DNA of 37,618 nucleotides from Clostridia bacterium (lineage in GTDB: Bacteria > Bacillota > Sulfobacillia > SLMV01), in contig SLMV01000044.1 of the NCBI GenBank assembly GCA_007133365.1, forward strand, positions 1-37,618. The letters are read 5' to 3'. The position numbers and the translations under genes were made by a program. A model generated the notes under the pieces. That model saw only the letters and a program-made list of their open reading frames with translations, had not been told where the DNA came from and ran no database searches. Below, piece after piece: positions 8,284 through 17,094 of this stretch (its first letter is position 1; every line of letters starts with the position of its first letter).

Positions 8284-9278
8284 GATATCCCCGCCCAAAC
8301 CGTCTCGAGCAGGCGCATATGGTTCCCGCCGAGAATGCCCCGTATTTGTTCGTCGGTATACCCGCGGCGAACGAGACCGTCCGTCAAATCCGGAAGGCGC
8401 GTTGCATCTTCTAAACCCACCGGTGTCATGCCAATCCCATCAAAGTCCGAGCCGAGTCCGATCGATTGGGTTCCCACGAGGTTCGCCACGTGATCGATGT
8501 GATCGAGAACATCCTCCAGCCCGGCCCGCCGTTCGCTTCGAAGAAAATTCGGTGCGAACGTGATGCCGATCACGCCACCTCCTCGTGCCAACGAAATGAT
8601 TTGCTCGTCCCAAAGATTCCGGGGATGATCGCACAACGCACGGGCATTGGTATGACTCGCCAATAGCGGGGCCTTGGTAAGATTTAAAACGTCCCAAAAT
8701 CCCGCCTCATTGAGATGGGACACATCGACGACCATGCCCAGGCGATTCATTTCCGAAACGGCGGCCGCCCCCAATCGCGTAAGCCCTCCGCCGGTTCGCA
8801 GTTCTCCCACCCCGTCGGCTAATGCGTTTCGTTGATTCCACGTAAGCCCCAAACATCGAACACCGAGCCGGTAGAGCATGCGCAAGACGCCGAGATCCCC
8901 CTGGATGATCTCGCCACCTTCGGCGGACAAAACCACCGCGATCTTGCCCCGGCTCACGATCGATTCGATATCATCAAATTCAAAGACGGGCTCCACCCAT
9001 TGTTGATAGCGCGCCATTTCGCGGTAAAAGACATCCGCCAGTTGAAGACCGCGCAACAAACCGCGATCCGGTTTATAATCGGGCTCAATGTATAACGCGA
9101 AAAATTGCACGTTCACCCCACCGAGCCGGAGCCGGGGAAGATCAACGTGTCCCCAGGCGGAGTGCTCGCCCAATCGACGCTGTCCCCGGGCGACGGGCCC
9201 CAAGGTATCGGCATGGGTATCGACCACCAATGCATCAAAATGAAGGTGTTTTGCCCTTTCTTGGTCCATCGCCATCAC
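8277..9278 (-). CDS. Membrane (renal-type) dipeptidase, peptidase family M19
   Basis: 333-aa ORF with VVDTHADT, HVDLPRLRLGGV, DVSHLNEAGFWD and GLGSDFDG, typical M19 metal ligand regions. The start GTG 9278 overlaps the upstream stop (GTGA). ATG 9275 and ATG 9269 are alternatives. Confidence 0.85.
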   Translation of the reverse strand: MMAMDQERAKHLHFDALVVDTHADTLGPVARGQRRLGEHSAWGHVDLPRLRLGGVNVQFFALYIEPDYKPDRGLLRGLQLADVFYREMARYQQWVEPVFEFDDIESIVSRGKIAVVLSAEGGEIIQGDLGVLRMLYRLGVRCLGLTWNQRNALADGVGELRTGGGLTRLGAAAVSEMNRLGMVVDVSHLNEAGFWDVLNLTKAPLLASHTNARALCDHPRNLWDEQIISLARGGGVIGITFAPNFLRSERRAGLEDVLDHIDHVANLVGTQSIGLGSDFDGIGMTPVGLEDATRLPDLTDGLVRRGYTDEQIRGILGGNHMRLLETVWAGISC

Positions 9279-9841
9279 CCCTCATCCTCCCCACACGCCA
9301 ACAATTCCAATCCTCGGTGCGCCGCCTGTAGATTGCGCCTGTTATTGGGCGTATCCCCCTTCTTTGATAGCAAATCAATCAGGGTGTTGGAACTCACCGG
9401 GGTCCCGACTGCCATCAAAGCACTCAGCCCCATGACGTTGAAACTGGCGCCTAATCCCAGCCGGCTAGCCTCCCGCTCGAAGGGCAGTCCGATCCAATTT
9501 TCTGACGCCTCAAAAGGTGGGGACACCCGGTCCGAATCATAAAGCAACACGGCCTTTGTGTTGGTTTTCGCGTATTGGCCAAACGCCTCGTCGGTCAGTG
9601 CCAAAACTGCGGAGGGATTCATCACCATGGGATACGCAATGGGATGGGAGGCGATAATGACCTCGGATTTGGAAAATCCGCCGCGAGAAGCAACACCATA
9701 ACTTTGCGTCTGGACCACGTGAAACCCCGCATCAAGCGCTGACTCGGCCAGGAGCTGTCCTAAAAACACCAGACCTTGCCCCCCCGATCCGGCCAAAACA
9801 ACTTCACAGCGTTCACCGGAGCGCGCCCAACGTTTATCCAT
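9275..9841 (-). CDS. 2-oxoacid:ferredoxin oxidoreductase, gamma subunit
   Basis: 188-aa ORF. LAGSGGQGLVFLGQLLAE is typical of POR/KOR/VOR gamma subunits. It overlaps the beta subunit stop by 8 nt. Confidence 0.85.
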   Translation of the reverse strand: MDKRWARSGERCEVVLAGSGGQGLVFLGQLLAESALDAGFHVVQTQSYGVASRGGFSKSEVIIASHPIAYPMVMNPSAVLALTDEAFGQYAKTNTKAVLLYDSDRVSPPFEASENWIGLPFEREASRLGLGASFNVMGLSALMAVGTPVSSNTLIDLLSKKGDTPNNRRNLQAAHRGLELLACGEDEG

Positions 9842-10646
9842 GGTCGGTGCCTCCTTTCGCCCGCCGCTGAATCCGACGGTAGCGGGTCATAAAGTCCGAT
9901 TTTTCTTCCTGGTGCAAACGTCCGATGGAGATCCGGCCCTGCCGCTCCGACGGCGAGAGCGCCTGATATTGTTTTAGGGGAAGACACACCTCGCGCCAGT
10001 GCCGCATCATCGCCACCGGTGATTCCATCTCATTACGCCGTCCGTAATGAACCGGGCACGAGGTGACGACCTCGACCAGGGAAAACCCGACATGCGAAAT
10101 CGCCTCCGCCAATAATTGGTCCAAAAGCCTTACATGATAAACGGAACTCCGCGCCACGAAAGCGGCGCCGGCCGACTTGGCCACGGCGCAAAGATCAAAG
10201 GCGTCCTCCGGGTTTCCAAAGGCCGATGTGCTAGTCCGCGTGCCACTCGGTGTGGTGGCCGAATACTGCCCCCCGGTCATGCCGTAGTTGAAATTGTTGG
10301 CAACGATGGCCGTCATGTCAAGGTTTCGCCGAGCCGCGTGTAGAAAGTGATTTCCTCCGATCGTGGCACAATCGCCATCGCCCATGAGTGCGAGCACCGT
10401 CAATTGGGGGTTGGCCGCCTTAACACCCGTCGCAAAGGCTAAAGCCCGGCCGTGGGTTCCGTGAATGGAATTCGTCCGCACGTAATCATCCGCCTTCCCC
10501 CAACAACCAATGCCCGTGACCGCCACCACGTCCTGGGGCCGACGTCCGAGCGACTCGAGCGTACGGAATAAAGAACCCATGATAATGCCGTTTCCGCACC
10601 CCGGGCACCAGAAAAAAGGCATGGCTTCTTCTAGTAACCAATTCAT
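9834..10646 (-). CDS. 2-oxoacid:ferredoxin oxidoreductase, beta (TPP-binding) subunit
   Basis: 270-aa ORF with WCPGCGNG and the TPP motif LALMGDGDCATIGGNH. ATGA overlap with the alpha subunit stop. Confidence 0.9.
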   Translation of the reverse strand: MNWLLEEAMPFFWCPGCGNGIIMGSLFRTLESLGRRPQDVVAVTGIGCWGKADDYVRTNSIHGTHGRALAFATGVKAANPQLTVLALMGDGDCATIGGNHFLHAARRNLDMTAIVANNFNYGMTGGQYSATTPSGTRTSTSAFGNPEDAFDLCAVAKSAGAAFVARSSVYHVRLLDQLLAEAISHVGFSLVEVVTSCPVHYGRRNEMESPVAMMRHWREVCLPLKQYQALSPSERQGRISIGRLHQEEKSDFMTRYRRIQRRAKGGTDHG

Positions 10647-11776
10647 GCGATCACCCCCGTCAGGTAGTCTTCGATCTCACCCGGTGCGATGGGCAACCCA
10701 TTGCTCTTGGTGAGCGAATAAAGCGGATAATGAGGCCCCACCACCCGGCGGACTTCCCGCACCACCTGCCCTAGGTTCATCTCGGGAACCACCACCGGCA
10801 TTCCGCTGGTAAACCGCCGGATGACATCATCCGGAAAGGGCCATAGGGTGCGAAGCTGTAACGAGCCGATCGCGGGTCGACGTTCGGTGTGATCGACGAC
10901 CAATTGCAGCGCGGCCCGGGTCGTGGCCCCATAGGAGAGGAGCAAAACATCGGGCCGGTCGGGTCCAATGTACGTATAATCGGTGAGGGTGCTCACCGCA
11001 TTTTCAATCTTGTCGTGAAGGCGCCGGATCATCGATCCCGCCACTTGTGGGTCGGACGCCGGATATCCCCTCTCATCATGCATCGACGAATTGGCGTGAT
11101 AGATATAATCCGATCCAAATGGCGGTAAAGGTGACGGGATGCCATCTTCATCATGCGCGGCGACCCGGAAGGCCTCCGGCGAAACCGTCGGCGCTCTCCT
11201 GGTGATCACCTCTAGCCCATCAAAAGCCTCAAGATCAAGGCCCTCGCGCATATGGCCGACCACGGCATCGGTCAGCAGGATCACCGGCTGACGAAACGCT
11301 TCGGCCAAATTAAACGCACGAACCGTCAACGTTAGGCATTCGGCCACCGAAGCGGGCACCAGCACGATCGCCGAATGATCACCATGCGTTCCCCAGCGCG
11401 CCTGCATCACATCCGCTTGTGCCGGCTTGGTCGCAAGACCCGTGCTCGGACCCGAGCGTTGCACGTTGACCACGACGCATGGCACCTCGCTCATCATGGC
11501 CATTCCCAAGTTTTCTTGCATCAGGGAAAAGCCCGGACCACTGGTGGCGGTAAAACTCTTGACGCCCGCAAGCGAGGCTCCCACGATCGCCGCCATGCTG
11601 GCGAGTTCATCTTCCATCTGCAAATAAACCCCATCCATCGCCGGCAAGCGATTTGCCGCCGCCTGGGCGATCTCCGACGACGGTGTGATCGGATAACCGG
11701 CAAAAAACCGGGCACCCGCTCTCAGCGCGCCCTCCACAATGGCTTCATTTCCCTGCATCAGCACGTCATCGCTCAT
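10643..11776 (-). CDS. 2-oxoacid:ferredoxin oxidoreductase, alpha subunit (substrate specificity not assignable)
   Basis: GNEAIVEGALRAGARFFAGYPITPSSEI and GPGFSLMQE are typical of the alpha subunit. The start is placed at ATG 11776 (GGAGG 6 nt upstream). The ORF track extends to ATG 11791. Confidence 0.9.
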   Translation of the reverse strand: MSDDVLMQGNEAIVEGALRAGARFFAGYPITPSSEIAQAAANRLPAMDGVYLQMEDELASMAAIVGASLAGVKSFTATSGPGFSLMQENLGMAMMSEVPCVVVNVQRSGPSTGLATKPAQADVMQARWGTHGDHSAIVLVPASVAECLTLTVRAFNLAEAFRQPVILLTDAVVGHMREGLDLEAFDGLEVITRRAPTVSPEAFRVAAHDEDGIPSPLPPFGSDYIYHANSSMHDERGYPASDPQVAGSMIRRLHDKIENAVSTLTDYTYIGPDRPDVLLLSYGATTRAALQLVVDHTERRPAIGSLQLRTLWPFPDDVIRRFTSGMPVVVPEMNLGQVVREVRRVVGPHYPLYSLTKSNGLPIAPGEIEDYLTGVIA

Positions 11777-11800
11777 CGGGCACCTCCCCATCCTTTTCCT

Positions 11801-12607
11801 CTATTCGTCGTAAAACCGACGTATCAAATCAATCGTCCGGGTATGCGCCGGCGCCCCTTCCGGGTCGCATTTTAATAGGACCGCGTTGAGCATGCGACGT
11901 CCTTTCGCCACCCGAAAACGCGCCGGGAGTTGAGTATAAAACTGTTCGATAATCGGCACGGCATCCACCCCGATCACCCCATCCGCCGGTCCGGTCATCC
12001 CGACATCCGTCACATAGCCGGTGCCGTGTTGCAAAACCGCGGCATCGGCCGTTTGCACGTGGGTGTGGGTCCCCAAGACCGCGGTGACCGATCCATCAAA
12101 ATAGCGTCCAAGGGCGATTTTCTCCGAAGTGGCCTCCGCGTGAAAATCGATAATGATGTGGGTCGGCGGTGACGACGACGCCTTTAACTCCACCAGTTGG
12201 GCTTCCACCGCCCGGAACGGGCAGGAGAAGCCAGTGGGAATAAAGACCCGGCCATGGACATTCAACACCGCCACGTTCGCCCCTTGGGGCGTCTTCAATA
12301 TGCCCATCCCCTGCCCAGGTGTGGTGTCGGGCGGGTAATTGAGCGGGCGCAAAAGACGCGGCTCCCGGTCCACGAACTTTAAGGCTTCTCGCTGATCCCA
12401 GATGTGGTTACCCGTTGTGATGAGATCCACACCGGCATCAAAAAGTTCCCGGGCTGTCTTGGCGGTGATCCCAATACCTCCCGCCGAGTTTTCACCATTG
12501 GCAATGGTCATATTGACCCCAAATTCTTCTTTTAGTCCGGGCAAGGTTTCCGTCAACAATCGGCGCCCAGGCCGTCCTACCACATCACCGATAAACAATA
12601 TATTCAT
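11801..12607 (-). CDS. ymdB: YmdB-type metallophosphoesterase (TIGR00282; 2',3'-cyclic-nucleotide phosphodiesterase)
   Basis: MNILFIGDVVGRPGR, NGENSAGG and GNHIWD motifs. It lies directly downstream of rny, as in B. subtilis. ATG 12607 has AAGAGGG 7 nt upstream. The ORF track extends to 12631. Confidence 0.9.
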   Translation of the reverse strand: MNILFIGDVVGRPGRRLLTETLPGLKEEFGVNMTIANGENSAGGIGITAKTARELFDAGVDLITTGNHIWDQREALKFVDREPRLLRPLNYPPDTTPGQGMGILKTPQGANVAVLNVHGRVFIPTGFSCPFRAVEAQLVELKASSSPPTHIIIDFHAEATSEKIALGRYFDGSVTAVLGTHTHVQTADAAVLQHGTGYVTDVGMTGPADGVIGVDAVPIIEQFYTQLPARFRVAKGRRMLNAVLLKCDPEGAPAHTRTIDLIRRFYDE

Positions 12608-12628
12608 CCGAAAGCCCTCTTTCCCTAG

Positions 12629-12656
12629 CATTTACCTCTATCGCTTGTTTCTTCAA
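12629..12656 (-). promoter_or_regulatory. Candidate internal promoter for ymdB and downstream genes
   Basis: On the minus strand, TTGAAG (12656-12651), a 16-nt spacer, then TAAATG (12634-12629). It lies between the rny terminator and the ymdB start. The match to consensus is moderate. Confidence 0.3.
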
Positions 12657-12712
12657 GCGGAAACCAGTTCCCTTTGTGAAATCGATTTCGCTAGGCCCGT
12701 CATGAAAAACGC

Positions 12713-12766
12713 AAAAAAAAACAGGCCGCGAGATCCGAAAGATTGGATATCGCGGCCTGTTTTTTT
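12713..12766 (-). terminator. Rho-independent terminator after rny (bidirectional shape)
   Basis: caggccgcga (12722-12731) pairs perfectly with tcgcggcctg (12750-12759), with an inner atcc/ggat extension. It is flanked by A9 (12713-12721) and T7 (12760-12766). On the rny strand the hairpin is followed by TTTTTTTTT. It begins 10 nt after the rny stop. Confidence 0.8.
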
Positions 12767-12775
12767 AGGGCATCC

Positions 12776-14338
12776 TCATTGCGCGTACTCCACCGCCCGG
12801 GTCTGCCGGATCACCGTCACTTTCACCTGGCCCGGATATTCCACTTGTTCCTCTACCCGCTTGACGATATCTTTGGCCAGCGCATAGGCTTCGAGGTCGT
12901 CGATCTCGTCCGGTTTCACCATGATGCGGATTTCGCGGCCGGCCTGAATGGCAAACGACTCTTGCACTCCTGAGAAAGAATCCGCGATATCCTCCAACTT
13001 CGTCAACCGCTGAATGTAAGCCTCGAGGGTTTCCCGGCGCGCACCCGGCCGGGCTGCCGACAACGCATCGGCTGCCGTGATCAAAACGGCCTCTAGGTTG
13101 TTGGCTTCATAATCACCGTGATGCGAACTCATCGCATCGACCACATCTTCTTTCTCACCATAACGCCTTAACAAGTCGCGCCCAATATCGACGTGCGTGC
13201 CTTGCACTTCATGATCGACGGCCTTTCCGATATCGTGCAAAAGCCCAGCGCGACGCGCTCGGTTGACATTGGCTTGAATCTCCTCCGCCATCACCCCGGC
13301 GAGGTAAGAAACTTCCAAGGCGTGTTGCAGCACATTCTGACCATAACTGGTGCGAAAGCGCAAACGACCCAATAATTCAATCAAACGTGGGTGCAAACCG
13401 TGCACGCCGGCGTCGTAAGCCGCCTGTTCACCGGTTTCTTGAATCTGCTCTTCGATCTCCCGTTCAGCCTTTTGATACAATTCCTCGATGCGAGCCGGAT
13501 GTATCCGCCCATCCGCCACCAGTTTCATCAAGGCGATCCGAGCCTTCTCCCGTCGAATGGGATCGAAACTGGAAATCACCACGGCTTCGGGCGTATCATC
13601 GATGATGAGATCGACGCCGGCCAGCCCCTCAAACGCCCGAATGTTGCGCCCCTCGCGCCCAATGATCCGGCCCTTCATATCATCGGATGGCAACTCAACC
13701 ACCGAAACGGTGGAATCGCTGACCTGATCGGGCGCACACCGCTGGATGGCCAGACCGACAATTTCCCGGGCCTTCTTCTGGGCCTCGCTCTTGGCTTTGA
13801 GTTCGATATCGCGACGAATAACGGTGGCCTCACGCCGTGCATCACGCTCTGCCTTTGATAAAACTTCCTGCCGGGCCTCTTCATGTGTCAACCCGGCAAT
13901 TCGTTCCAATTCTTCCGTTCGACGCGACAGGGCCCGTTCGGCCTCTTCGCGCTTCTTTTTGGCCTCGGCTTCCTCTTTCTTTACCGCTTGTTCCCGCTGT
14001 TCTAATGCCGAGGCTCGCTGATCCAGCGCTTCTTCTTTTTTCGTCAACCGACGCTCAAGATTTTGCAGCTCGGTTCGGCGCTCCCGGAGCTCGTTTTCGA
14101 CCTCCGTCCGCATGCCATGGATCTCTTCCTTGGCCTGGAGGACTTCTTCACGCCGCTTTCGTTCCGATTCTTTGACGGCTTCATTTAAAATTCGAACGGC
14201 TTCACGCTCGGCGGAATCTATCTTGGCCTCTGCCATATACTTACGCACGAAGAATCCGGCGAGAAAACCGATGATACCAAGTCCGAATGCAATTAACAAA
14301 ACGAATCCCCAATTAATGAGACCCACCCCCTTTACCAT
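12776..14338 (-). CDS. rny: Ribonuclease Y
   Basis: 520-aa ORF. N-terminal TM helix ([21 protein letters not shown]), a long charged coiled coil, a KH domain ([15 protein letters not shown]) and an HD domain ([12 protein letters not shown]). Confidence 0.95.
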   Translation of the reverse strand: MVKGVGLINWGFVLLIAFGLGIIGFLAGFFVRKYMAEAKIDSAEREAVRILNEAVKESERKRREEVLQAKEEIHGMRTEVENELRERRTELQNLERRLTKKEEALDQRASALEQREQAVKKEEAEAKKKREEAERALSRRTEELERIAGLTHEEARQEVLSKAERDARREATVIRRDIELKAKSEAQKKAREIVGLAIQRCAPDQVSDSTVSVVELPSDDMKGRIIGREGRNIRAFEGLAGVDLIIDDTPEAVVISSFDPIRREKARIALMKLVADGRIHPARIEELYQKAEREIEEQIQETGEQAAYDAGVHGLHPRLIELLGRLRFRTSYGQNVLQHALEVSYLAGVMAEEIQANVNRARRAGLLHDIGKAVDHEVQGTHVDIGRDLLRRYGEKEDVVDAMSSHHGDYEANNLEAVLITAADALSAARPGARRETLEAYIQRLTKLEDIADSFSGVQESFAIQAGREIRIMVKPDEIDDLEAYALAKDIVKRVEEQVEYPGQVKVTVIRQTRAVEYAQ

Positions 14339-14355
14339 CTACCATTTTCCCATAT

Positions 14356-14381
14356 CAAAAGCCGAGCCCATGGGACTCGGC
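14356..14381 (-). promoter_or_regulatory. Terminator-like hairpin about 20 nt upstream of the rny start codon
   Basis: The minus strand reads GCCGAGTCCCATGGGCTCGGC followed by TTTTGATATGGG. The stem is about 8 bp with one bulge and only 4 U follow, so this is at best a weak or conditional terminator or a stabilising structure. Confidence 0.3.
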
Positions 14382-14740
14382 CAAAGAATCCAACCTCAAG
14401 TACAGGTTTGGGTTCACCCTTATGAGTTCAATTTCTCATCAACCTCCCCCACTTTGAAGGAAATGATGAACAAATTGATTTCGTCGTCAGCCCTCGTTTT
14501 CCATCATCAATCACGGACTTATCGCATCGCACGCTCCTTGCTTGGACAACCTCCGTATCGATGTGTCATACGCCCAAAACGCCCCTACTTGCTTAAAGCG
14601 CCTCGGTCGACACTATCTATCGTGTCCCTCAGTCCGGCCGGGTGACCTCATAAAAACTCATAAAAGCAATGGATAATTATATATAAACTCCGGCACCCAT
14701 ACTTAATTCGGCAGATTCATAGCCGGTATTTCCCAGTAAA

Positions 14741-14769
14741 ATTTTATCCCGTCCCACCGCACCTGTCAA
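14741..14769 (-). promoter_or_regulatory. Near-consensus sigma-A-type promoter upstream of rny
   Basis: On the minus strand, TTGACA (14769-14764), exactly 17 nt (ggtgcggtgggacggga), then TAAAAT (14746-14741). It lies about 400 nt upstream of the rny ATG, with no convincing ORF in between. Confidence 0.6.
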
Positions 14770-14880
14770 GAAACACCAGCTGGAAAATCCTGCCTTGATA
14801 TCCACACTCTAGCTTTCGGGCAGGGTGTCCCAAACGCCCGAATCCAATTCCGGCTCCCCTTCCGGACCCTCCATCTCGAA

Positions 14881-14904
14881 GGGTCGGGCAGCACCCCCCG
14901 ACCC
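14881..14904 (-). terminator. Possible weak terminator hairpin after recX
   Basis: GGGTCGGG / CCCGACCC stem (8 bp, 8-nt loop) starting 3 nt after the recX stop. The trailing sequence TTCGAGA is T-poor. Confidence 0.3.
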
Positions 14905-14907
14905 TCA

Positions 14908-15420
14908 TTAAGGCGCATTCGTCGGTTGATCGCCATGGGCCCTAAGGTCAACCACCAGGTCGCGCACAATGGGATAAGAAAAGCCACGTCGCGCCAAAAA
15001 CGAAAACAGACGCCGCTGAACTTTGGCATCGTTTAAATCCGCGCTGGAGATAACGGATTTTCGCATTTTCTCCCGGGCGGCGCGCTCGGCCAGCCGCCGC
15101 TCAATTTCGGGCGTGATAACACGCGCAATAGCGTGTTTAGCAAATGAGCGTTCAATGCCACGTCGTTCGAGTTCATATTGGAGTCGCTTCGGTCCCATCG
15201 GCTTTGATTGCTGGGCATATTCCAGATACGTCTGGGCAAAAGCCTCATCGTCGAGCAATCCAAGTTCTTTCAGCCGGTCAATAACCGTCGTCAGTACCGC
15301 CTGATGCCCCTTCTTTTTTAAACGTCCGCGCATTTCTTCCACCGTCCAGGCGCGATAACTTAAGAGCTGGTAGGCATCTTGTAGCGCCGCTCGGACCGCA
15401 TCAAAACCTTCGGCCATCAC
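14908..15420 (-). CDS. recX: Recombination regulator RecX
   Basis: 170-aa helical, basic ORF starting 12 nt after the recA stop (GAGGGAG SD). Length, position and repeat-like helical pattern (LLSYRAWTVEEMRGRLKKKG...VIDRLKELGLLDDEAFAQTY) fit RecX. Confidence 0.85.
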   Translation of the reverse strand: MMAEGFDAVRAALQDAYQLLSYRAWTVEEMRGRLKKKGHQAVLTTVIDRLKELGLLDDEAFAQTYLEYAQQSKPMGPKRLQYELERRGIERSFAKHAIARVITPEIERRLAERAAREKMRKSVISSADLNDAKVQRRLFSFLARRGFSYPIVRDLVVDLRAHGDQPTNAP

Positions 15421-15432
15421 AAATCTCCCTCG

Positions 15433-16464
15433 TTATTCATCCTTTTCGGATTCCTCGTCCGGTTCAATCTTTTTCCGGCGTGGTGACAAACCCGCCGCTT
15501 CCAAAACCGCATCTTCAATTTCCTCTGCGTATTCGGGATTTTCCATCAACCACTTCTTGGCGTTCTCCCGGCCTTGCCCCATGCGTTCATCCCCATACGA
15601 GTACCAAGATCCCGCCCGGGTGACGATGTCGTGTTCCACCCCGAGATCAACCAATTCGCCCTCGCGCGAAATGCCGTATCCGTACATCAAGTCAAATTCG
15701 GCTTGCTTAAACGGTGGGGCCACCTTATTCTTCAAAACCCGCGCCCGGACCCGGATGCCGAGATTTTCCGTTCCTTCCCGGAGCGAGTCGATGCGTCGAA
15801 CATCAATCCGGACGGATGAATAGAACTTGAGCGCACGGCCACCCGGCGTCACCTCGGGACTGCCAAACATGACGCCCACTTTTTCGCGGATCTGATTGAT
15901 AAAAATGACCGTTGTGTGCGATTTCGATATGGCACCCGTTAGCTTGCGCATGGCCTGCGACATCAAACGCGCCTGAAGGCCCACGTGGCTATCGCCCATC
16001 TCCCCTTCGATTTCTGCACGGGGCACCAAAGCAGCCACGGAATCCACAATGACCACATCCACCGCCTTGCTCCTCACCAACGCCTCCGCAATGTCGAGGG
16101 CCTGTTCGCCCGTATCCGGTTGGGAGATCAAAAGATTGTCGACATCAATACCGAGTCGCCGGGCATACGAAGCATCAAGGGCATGTTCGGCATCAATAAA
16201 CGCCGCATACCCACCTGCTTTTTGCGCTTCGGCCGCAATGTGCAAAGCCACGGTCGTCTTTCCCGATGCCTCCGGCCCATAAAGTTCAACCACGCGTCCA
16301 CGCGGCAACCCCCCGACACCGAGGGCGATATCCAAAGCAATGCAGCCGGTCGGAATCACCTGTAAATCAATATCCAAAGTTTCCCCCATCTTCATGATGG
16401 CGCCCTTCCCAAATTGACGTTCTATTTGAGACATCGCCATATCCAACGCTTTCTCTCGATCCAT
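15433..16464 (-). CDS. recA: Recombinase RecA
   Basis: [22 protein letters not shown], Walker [20 protein letters not shown]-type region ([22 protein letters not shown]) and [17 protein letters not shown]. The start is placed at ATG 16464 (GGGGGTG 5 nt upstream). The ORF track extends to 16503. Confidence 0.97.
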   Translation of the reverse strand: MDREKALDMAMSQIERQFGKGAIMKMGETLDIDLQVIPTGCIALDIALGVGGLPRGRVVELYGPEASGKTTVALHIAAEAQKAGGYAAFIDAEHALDASYARRLGIDVDNLLISQPDTGEQALDIAEALVRSKAVDVVIVDSVAALVPRAEIEGEMGDSHVGLQARLMSQAMRKLTGAISKSHTTVIFINQIREKVGVMFGSPEVTPGGRALKFYSSVRIDVRRIDSLREGTENLGIRVRARVLKNKVAPPFKQAEFDLMYGYGISREGELVDLGVEHDIVTRAGSWYSYGDERMGQGRENAKKWLMENPEYAEEIEDAVLEAAGLSPRRKKIEPDEESEKDE

Positions 16465-16503
16465 GTGAGCACCCCCTAAACTAATATTACCATAATATTC
16501 CAT

Positions 16504-17073
16504 TTAAGACGAGGTGTCGAAAAAAGGAAAATGGCGTAACTGCTCATATTGCGGGCCGGAAGGATGCAGTTCGCTCTTCATCAGCTGAAATCCCTCCACC
16601 CGCTGGCATCCGAAAACCTGATCCTCAAATTGCGCCGACAGTGGTGAAATATCGAGGCGGCCACTTCGCACCCGGGCGAAGGTAATGTGCGGAACGAATC
16701 GATGACGGTCCGGGGTGTAAAGATCCGCGGCCATCAATTTTTCGGACAAGCGATTTTGGAGTTGAATCAACGCGTTTTGACCTTCCGTGATCCTCGTCAG
16801 GATAACACGCGCTCGATGCGGCGTCGGAAAGGCGCCCACGCCCGCCACCCTCATCTCAAATGACGACATGTCGGCGGCAACCTCCGTACCAATCGCCTCA
16901 ATCTCCGCCAGCGCGTCCGTGTTCACCTCTCCCAAAAAACAAAGCGTCACGTGAAGGTTCTCCAACGCCACCCCGCGTACTTTTCGCCCATGGGCCGCCA
17001 CCAGCACCTGCCGGGGCCGCTCGAGGGCCCTTTGGATCGTCCCGGTCAAATTGACACACAAAAAGGTTCGCAT
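16504..17073 (-). CDS. thpR: RNA 2',3'-cyclic phosphodiesterase ThpR/LigT (2H phosphoesterase)
   Basis: Two HxT/S motifs, HVTLCFLGE and HITFARV, at the expected spacing. ATG 17073 has GAGGAG 8 nt upstream. The longer ORF start (ATG 17109) lies inside the LexA-box palindrome and is therefore disfavoured. Confidence 0.85.
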   Translation of the reverse strand: MRTFLCVNLTGTIQRALERPRQVLVAAHGRKVRGVALENLHVTLCFLGEVNTDALAEIEAIGTEVAADMSSFEMRVAGVGAFPTPHRARVILTRITEGQNALIQLQNRLSEKLMAADLYTPDRHRFVPHITFARVRSGRLDISPLSAQFEDQVFGCQRVEGFQLMKSELHPSGPQYEQLRHFPFFDTSS

Positions 17074-17094
17074 CAAATCCGCTCCTCTGACTTC

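Noticed and set aside
9275-11791. Naming the oxidoreductase subunits korA/korB/korC (2-oxoglutarate specific).
   Set aside because: Substrate class (pyruvate, 2-oxoglutarate, 2-oxoisovalerate, indolepyruvate) cannot be told from motifs by eye, so the gene symbols are left empty.
12678-12689. Perfect 12-bp palindrome GAAATCGATTTC upstream of ymdB.
   Set aside because: About 37618/4^6, roughly 9, perfect 12-bp palindromes are expected by chance in a window this size. It matches no operator consensus I know and has no second copy, so it is not reported as a site.
14112-14645. 177-aa + strand ORF spanning the rny 5' end and part of the recX-rny spacer. It includes a possible 60-aa basic product from ATGATG at about 14463.
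   Set aside because: The first half is antisense to the rny coding sequence. The internal ATG has an SD with essentially no spacer. The product is low-complexity and basic with no motif. I treat it as spurious, although the spacer itself is flagged as interesting.
14766-15029. 87-aa minus-strand ORF overlapping the recX 3' end out of frame.
   Set aside because: It overlaps recX on the same strand in another frame, runs through the proposed terminator hairpin and promoter, and has no SD or motif.
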